Assembly: GCA_043757085.1 (NCBI GenBank)
Contig: JAYVQB010000084.1
Coordinates: forward strand, 1 to 35,799
DNA length: 35,799 bases
Direction: 5' to 3'
DNA from: Verrucomicrobiota bacterium
GTDB lineage: Bacteria > Verrucomicrobiota > Verrucomicrobiia > Verrucomicrobiales > Verrucomicrobiaceae
How positions within the stretch are numbered: the stretch's first letter is position 1; every line of letters begins with the position of its first letter. The notes below the pieces were generated by a model. That model made no database searches, had not been told where the DNA came from, and saw nothing but the letters and a program-made list of their open reading frames with translations. This document shows positions 31,753 through 35,799 of this stretch, one piece after another. The translations under genes were made by a program, and so were the position numbers.

Positions 31753-33111
31753 TCAGGAAGTAGTGCGGCGTTCGACGTTGAGTTCCATTTTGCGGTAAAG
31801 GGTGGCGATGCTGACGCCCAACATGCTGGCGGTTTTTTCGCGGGAGCCGTTGTTGAGTTTGAGGGTTTCGTTGATGAACATTTTTTCCTGACCGCGGATG
31901 AAGTCATCCAAGGTGGAGCCGACGGGGAGCTTCTGGGTGCCGCCGGATTCGGCTGAGGGATCGAGCGGTGCTTCGACCTTTTGCGTGACTTTGGAGGGGA
32001 GGTCGGCAGGGCGAATGTTGTTGGTCTCAGAGAGGGCGCAGGCGCGTTCGACGGCGTTGCGGAGTTCGCTGATGTTGCCGGGCCAGGGGTATTTTTCGAG
32101 AAACTCCTCGGCGTAAGGTTCCATTTTTTTCATGGGGCCACCGGAGCGCAGGGCTTGCTCACGCAGGAAGTGCTCGACGAGCGGGGGGATGTCCTCGCGG
32201 CGCTCGCGAAGGGGCGGGACGTTGACGGGGACGACGGAGAGTTTGTAGTAGAGGTCTTCGCGGAAGCGGCCTTCGCGGATGGCGTCTTCCAGATGCATGC
32301 TGGTGGAGGTGATGAGACGAAAATTAAAGGCGCCGTTGTAAGAATTGGGCGTGGTGGTGGCGGCCTGTTCGAGCAGTCCGTTCAACTGCGCCTGAATGCG
32401 CATTGGCAGATGGTGGATTTCCGCGAGGTGAACGGTGCCGCCTCGGGTGCGGGCGAAGACGCTGCTCTGAGGATTGCCGTGGCCGAAGAGCTCGGCCTCC
32501 AGAAGGTCTTCGGGAAGCGCGCTGCACTGAATGGCCTTGAAGGGAGCGTTGTTCCGGCGGCTGCCTTCGTGGAGGGCGCGGGCAATGATTTGTTTGCCGA
32601 CGCCGAATTCGCCCTCGAGAAGGATGGGGCTGTCGTTATCGGCGACGCGCTGGATGATACTGAGGATTTTTTGGACGGCGTTGCTCTGGCCAATGAGCTT
32701 GACATTATGGGCCACCGGCGGGGGCAGCGGGGCCTCCCGGGTGGCCGAAGGCTTTTTTCCCAGTGCCTGTTCAATGGTGCGCTTGAAGTCAGTCAGCTCG
32801 AAAGGCTTGGAGAGGTAGTCAAAGGCTCCAAGGCGCATGGCTTCGACGGCCACTTCCACCGAGCCGTGTCCGGTGACCATGATGACGGCGGCAGAGGGCA
32901 CTTCCGTGCGACAAAGCTTGATGATTTCCAGTCCGTCGATGTCACCGATGCGCAAATCCACTACGATGATATCCGGTTTGATCTCCCGGATGGCCGCGAC
33001 GCCCAGCGTGCCGGTGAGACAATCTGTGACTGCGTGGCCGAGCGAGCGGCAGAATTTAGCCATTAGCTCCAAAAAGGAGGTCTCGTCATCTATGATTACG
33101 ATTTTGGCCAT
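31753..33111 (-). CDS. NtrC-family response regulator (REC + AAA+ + Fis-type HTH) with a degenerate sigma-54 interaction module
   Basis: REC domain: IIDDE, VVDLRIGD, VTGH, SKPF. AAA+ domain: GEFGVGKQ Walker A, FREDLYYKL, PPLRERREDI. HTH: SREKTASMLGVSIATLYRKM. GAFTGA is absent, and Walker B reads HLAEI instead of hhhhDE. Confidence 0.85.
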   Translation of the reverse strand: MAKIVIIDDETSFLELMAKFCRSLGHAVTDCLTGTLGVAAIREIKPDIIVVDLRIGDIDGLEIIKLCRTEVPSAAVIMVTGHGSVEVAVEAMRLGAFDYLSKPFELTDFKRTIEQALGKKPSATREAPLPPPVAHNVKLIGQSNAVQKILSIIQRVADNDSPILLEGEFGVGKQIIARALHEGSRRNNAPFKAIQCSALPEDLLEAELFGHGNPQSSVFARTRGGTVHLAEIHHLPMRIQAQLNGLLEQAATTTPNSYNGAFNFRLITSTSMHLEDAIREGRFREDLYYKLSVVPVNVPPLRERREDIPPLVEHFLREQALRSGGPMKKMEPYAEEFLEKYPWPGNISELRNAVERACALSETNNIRPADLPSKVTQKVEAPLDPSAESGGTQKLPVGSTLDDFIRGQEKMFINETLKLNNGSREKTASMLGVSIATLYRKMELNVERRTTS

Positions 33112-33164
33112 ATCGATAAGGATTGTGGGTTTCGAGAATAATGATTTTAATGAATATTCATGGA

Positions 33165-33193
33165 ATATTAAGCACTTCTTGTGGTTTGGTCAA
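33165..33193 (-). promoter_or_regulatory. Candidate sigma-70-type promoter for the NtrC-like gene (TTGACC-N17-TAATAT)
   Basis: On the minus strand the -35 TTGACC is at 33193-33188 and the -10 TAATAT at 33170-33165, with exactly 17 nt between them. The predicted start falls in the 12-bp palindrome ATGAATATTCAT (33150-33161), about 45 nt upstream of the ATG. Confidence 0.4.
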
Positions 33194-33294
33194 TCAAAAA
33201 TGAGAATGAGCGGTGCGTTTTAGTTTTGAGAAACGGTTGATACGTCGTCGGGCTATTCATTTTGAGCGGGTGTTGATGGAGCCGTTTTCAGTGT

Positions 33295-35799
33295 TTACAG
33301 GCTAAACCTTTGCAGATGTTTGGAGCGCGGGCGCGCGACATCGACTGGTCTTTGCATTGTTGGTTCCATGAACGCGCGTTCAGAACGTTCATGCAATTCC
33401 GAGTAGGCGCGCAGCTTGTCCCATGCTTTGGCGTAATCATCTTTGCGGATGAGCAGGACGGCTTGATCGAAAAGATATTTTCGTGGTGCACCGGGGATTT
33501 GTGATACTTTTTCCAAGGTGCGGAGCGCGTCATCCATCAGGTTTTTCGCCTTCTCGGCTTCGTAAAGATCGAGGCCATAGCTGTAATCTGTGGAGTGAAA
33601 CAGGAAGGCTTGCCGGAGTTGCTCCAAGCTTCCGGTGCGGCGCGTCGTTCCATCGATCGTCGGAGTCACATTTTCCATGGCAATATGACAGGCGCGCTTG
33701 AAGTCACCGGCGGAGGCACTGTCTGAAGCTAGAATGGGCCAGCCGGTGCCGCGCCATGCTGGATTGCGATCAAGGGCGTCGAGCAAAGAGCTGCGATCTC
33801 CCTTTTCATGCCATAGGCGGAACAGTTTGAGCCGTTCCTCCGATGTGAAAAGATTCAGAGCAGGCTGCATGCGCAGCAGTTCCTGAAGCACCGGCGCAAA
33901 ATCGTCAGACGTGGCATAATCGAGATAGGCGAGCTTGAGTCTGGGATCAGTTGCCAGATCGCGCACGGAAGTTCGCAGCTCCGGCTCGTTTTCAAGATAG
34001 GAGCAGAGGGTGGTAAAGAACTGACTCGCGCGAGAATGATCGCGCTCCAGAGCCTGTCGCCAGGCCGGGATGGAATACTTGGGGCGATAACGAATCCAGA
34101 GCAGAGCCTCCTGATAGCAAAGCAAACTGCTGTGCGGTTCGAGGGCTCGCGCGCGGGCAAAATCCTCCAGCACGGAGTTGGGCGCCTGCCCCATGGGAAG
34201 TGCTAGTGATGCTCTGTCGTAGTAATAGCTCCATTGCAAAGGCTTCATGGCGATGGCCGTGGAGATAGACTGTCGGGCTTTCTCTAGTTCACCCCGATCA
34301 TCTTGTTGAGCGCTGCGGTGTTCCAGCATAGTCGCGCCCAAGCCGCTCGGCAGGGCGGGATAACCGAGGCTGACAGCCAGCCAGGCGCCCGCGATGCCAA
34401 ACAACAAAATAGCGGATCCAATTCTTGAACCTGCGCCGGTTGAGGTCGGCATTGGCGACTCACTTTTGCTTTGTCGCAGAGACAATCCCGCGAGAAGCAT
34501 CATGGTGAACAGAATCCCGAGATGGTGTCCGGGAACATCCACCACTCCGAGAACCGGAACCATGAGCGCGGCTACCGCGCAGGCGCTGCGAAGACGGCGG
34601 TGCTTTCTACCTGAAGAACCTTGGCTCTGCCATGAACCGGTGCTGAAGATGTAGGCGATGACCGTCAGGAGTAACAAAACCACCACCGGGAGACCAGCCT
34701 CCGCCGCAAGCCAAAGCCAGTCACTGCCCGGATGAACCGGCCTCCTGTATAAGTCCGAGCCGGGCGCAGTCAAAGCGAACACCGGTTCGAAGTTGCCCAT
34801 GCCGACACCGAGCAGTGGTGTCTTTGTAATCATCTCCATCGTGCTGGTGGCCAGCTTGATCCTAGCTTGGTTGCTCAGGGGAGTGAAGGAGGGCTTGGGG
34901 ATGGCAAGCCGGTCAAGCAGCATATCTCCAAAAGTGATATAGAGCGCAGCCAGAGTCAGGAGCAATGCCACGAAAAGGCTTATGCGCTGGGTGGAACGCT
35001 TGCTGAAGGAGGAGAAACACACCCATACGATTATCCCGCCAAAGAACAGCAGCACACCGGCGCGCGATGAGTTCACCAGCAGAACCCAAAACATGGGCAC
35101 CAAACAGAGTGCGTGAAGCAGGATCCGTCCGCGTGTTTTCCGTGAGGAATCATGCAACACGGCGATGGATAGCACCAACCCCATCGCCAGAAAACAACCG
35201 AAGACATCAGGGTTCGAAAACGGCCCGGTATAAATTGCCGGCCACTCATGATGCCAGAAGGCTGGATGGATGTTGAAGATGCCGAACAACAAAGACTGCA
35301 CCGCGATGAACGTCATGCCGATGCTAAGTCGCAAAGTCAGCCAGCGTCGCTCCACTTTCCCATACCTGCGGCCCAGGCATGACAGGAACCAAGTCAGACC
35401 CATGATGAAGAGGACACAGTTTTCCAGTGTAACCCAAGGCTGCGGAGAAAGAAGTGTAGATAAGTTGATCCCGAAATCCGTGCGCAGACGCGAGCGCCAT
35501 TCTGGAAGAAAGGACGCGCTTGCAGGCAGCAGACTCGCCAACATGAGAATGGCGATGAGATAGAGCGGCCAGATGATGGTTCGGGAGACGCGTGCCCTTG
35601 GGGCATTCTGCACCAGATTGAAACCCACCAGCGCGGCCACTAGCGCTAGGGCCCAGGGCTGGTGATTGCCCGCGAACTCGCAGGCAGCCAGCGGCACTGA
35701 AAGCGTCAGCCACAGTCTGCCGGTCGAATCAGGTTTCTTGGATTCCAGCCGGACACCGCGTGCTTTGCGCGTGGGGTGATCGTTTGAAGCAAGTCGAGG
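33295..35799 (-). CDS. Second Wzy_C / O-antigen-ligase-like membrane protein with a long C-terminal TPR-like region (5' end probably outside window)
   Basis: Polytopic N-half with TPLLGVGMGNFEP...HPGSDWLWLAAEAGLPV (Wzy_C-like). The C-terminal ~370 aa are a soluble helical repeat. The track starts at GTG 35697, but the frame stays open to base 35799. Confidence 0.7.
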   Translation of the reverse strand, partial: PRLASNDHPTRKARGVRLESKKPDSTGRLWLTLSVPLAACEFAGNHQPWALALVAALVGFNLVQNAPRARVSRTIIWPLYLIAILMLASLLPASASFLPEWRSRLRTDFGINLSTLLSPQPWVTLENCVLFIMGLTWFLSCLGRRYGKVERRWLTLRLSIGMTFIAVQSLLFGIFNIHPAFWHHEWPAIYTGPFSNPDVFGCFLAMGLVLSIAVLHDSSRKTRGRILLHALCLVPMFWVLLVNSSRAGVLLFFGGIIVWVCFSSFSKRSTQRISLFVALLLTLAALYITFGDMLLDRLAIPKPSFTPLSNQARIKLATSTMEMITKTPLLGVGMGNFEPVFALTAPGSDLYRRPVHPGSDWLWLAAEAGLPVVVLLLLTVIAYIFSTGSWQSQGSSGRKHRRLRSACAVAALMVPVLGVVDVPGHHLGILFTMMLLAGLSLRQSKSESPMPTSTGAGSRIGSAILLFGIAGAWLAVSLGYPALPSGLGATMLEHRSAQQDDRGELEKARQSISTAIAMKPLQWSYYYDRASLALPMGQAPNSVLEDFARARALEPHSSLLCYQEALLWIRYRPKYSIPAWRQALERDHSRASQFFTTLCSYLENEPELRTSVRDLATDPRLKLAYLDYATSDDFAPVLQELLRMQPALNLFTSEERLKLFRLWHEKGDRSSLLDALDRNPAWRGTGWPILASDSASAGDFKRACHIAMENVTPTIDGTTRRTGSLEQLRQAFLFHSTDYSYGLDLYEAEKAKNLMDDALRTLEKVSQIPGAPRKYLFDQAVLLIRKDDYAKAWDKLRAYSELHERSERAFMEPTMQRPVDVARPRSKHLQRFSL

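Overview
This is a densely coding, moderately GC-rich 35.8-kb chromosomal window. The gene content and repeat style (LPHW-type RAYT, hairpin repeats that translate as GILP or VAADVRRL, Wzy_C-TPR fusions) remind me of a PVC-group (Verrucomicrobiota-like) bacterium, but that is an impression, not a result. Layout: (i) Bases 3-18658 are all on the + strand, with overlaps or short gaps and one clean rho-independent terminator at the end. This block holds larE-larB-[small membrane ORF]-larC (nickel-pincer nucleotide, NPN, cofactor maturation). It runs straight into a glycan/polyuronate array: FkbM methyltransferase, DUF362, CapK/phenylacetate-CoA-ligase-like adenylating enzyme, GT26 (TagA/WecG-like), bi-domain oxidoreductase, tRNA-Arg(CCT), heparinase II/III-like protein, AlgD-like GDP-mannose 6-dehydrogenase, acyltransferase-3, GT4, and a Wzy_C/O-antigen-ligase-TPR protein. 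(ii) 18761-21975 (+): prs-rplY(ctc)-pth-rpsF-ssb. (iii) 22032-25922 (-): M23 lipoprotein peptidase, zwf, a ParE/RelE-type toxin-antitoxin pair, opcA. (iv) 25994-30652 (+): Fur-family regulator, argH, Nudix hydrolase, tatC, OsmC-family protein, bPH_2 membrane protein. (v) A sensorless cytoplasmic histidine kinase (+) converges on an NtrC-family regulator (-), followed by a second Wzy_C-TPR protein (-) that runs off the window. Main hunt results: (1) A complete REP-associated tyrosine transposase (RAYT) and its GTAG-hairpin REPs sit in frame in the interdomain linker of the bi-domain oxidoreductase, giving one uninterrupted 976-codon ORF. (2) Other GTAG-headed and GGGCA-N3-TGCCC hairpin repeats are also embedded in frame in, or at the 3' ends of, genes (larB, oxidoreductase, heparinase-like). 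(3) The lar maturation genes are operonically joined to the glycan genes, with no recognisable LarA in the window. The DUF362 protein has a His-x9-Lys-x13-His-His spacing close to the LarA His174/Lys184/His200 NPN site, which makes it a candidate new NPN-dependent enzyme (hypothesis only). (4) A TA cassette splits zwf-opcA. (5) The NtrC-like regulator lacks the GAFTGA sigma-54 contact loop.
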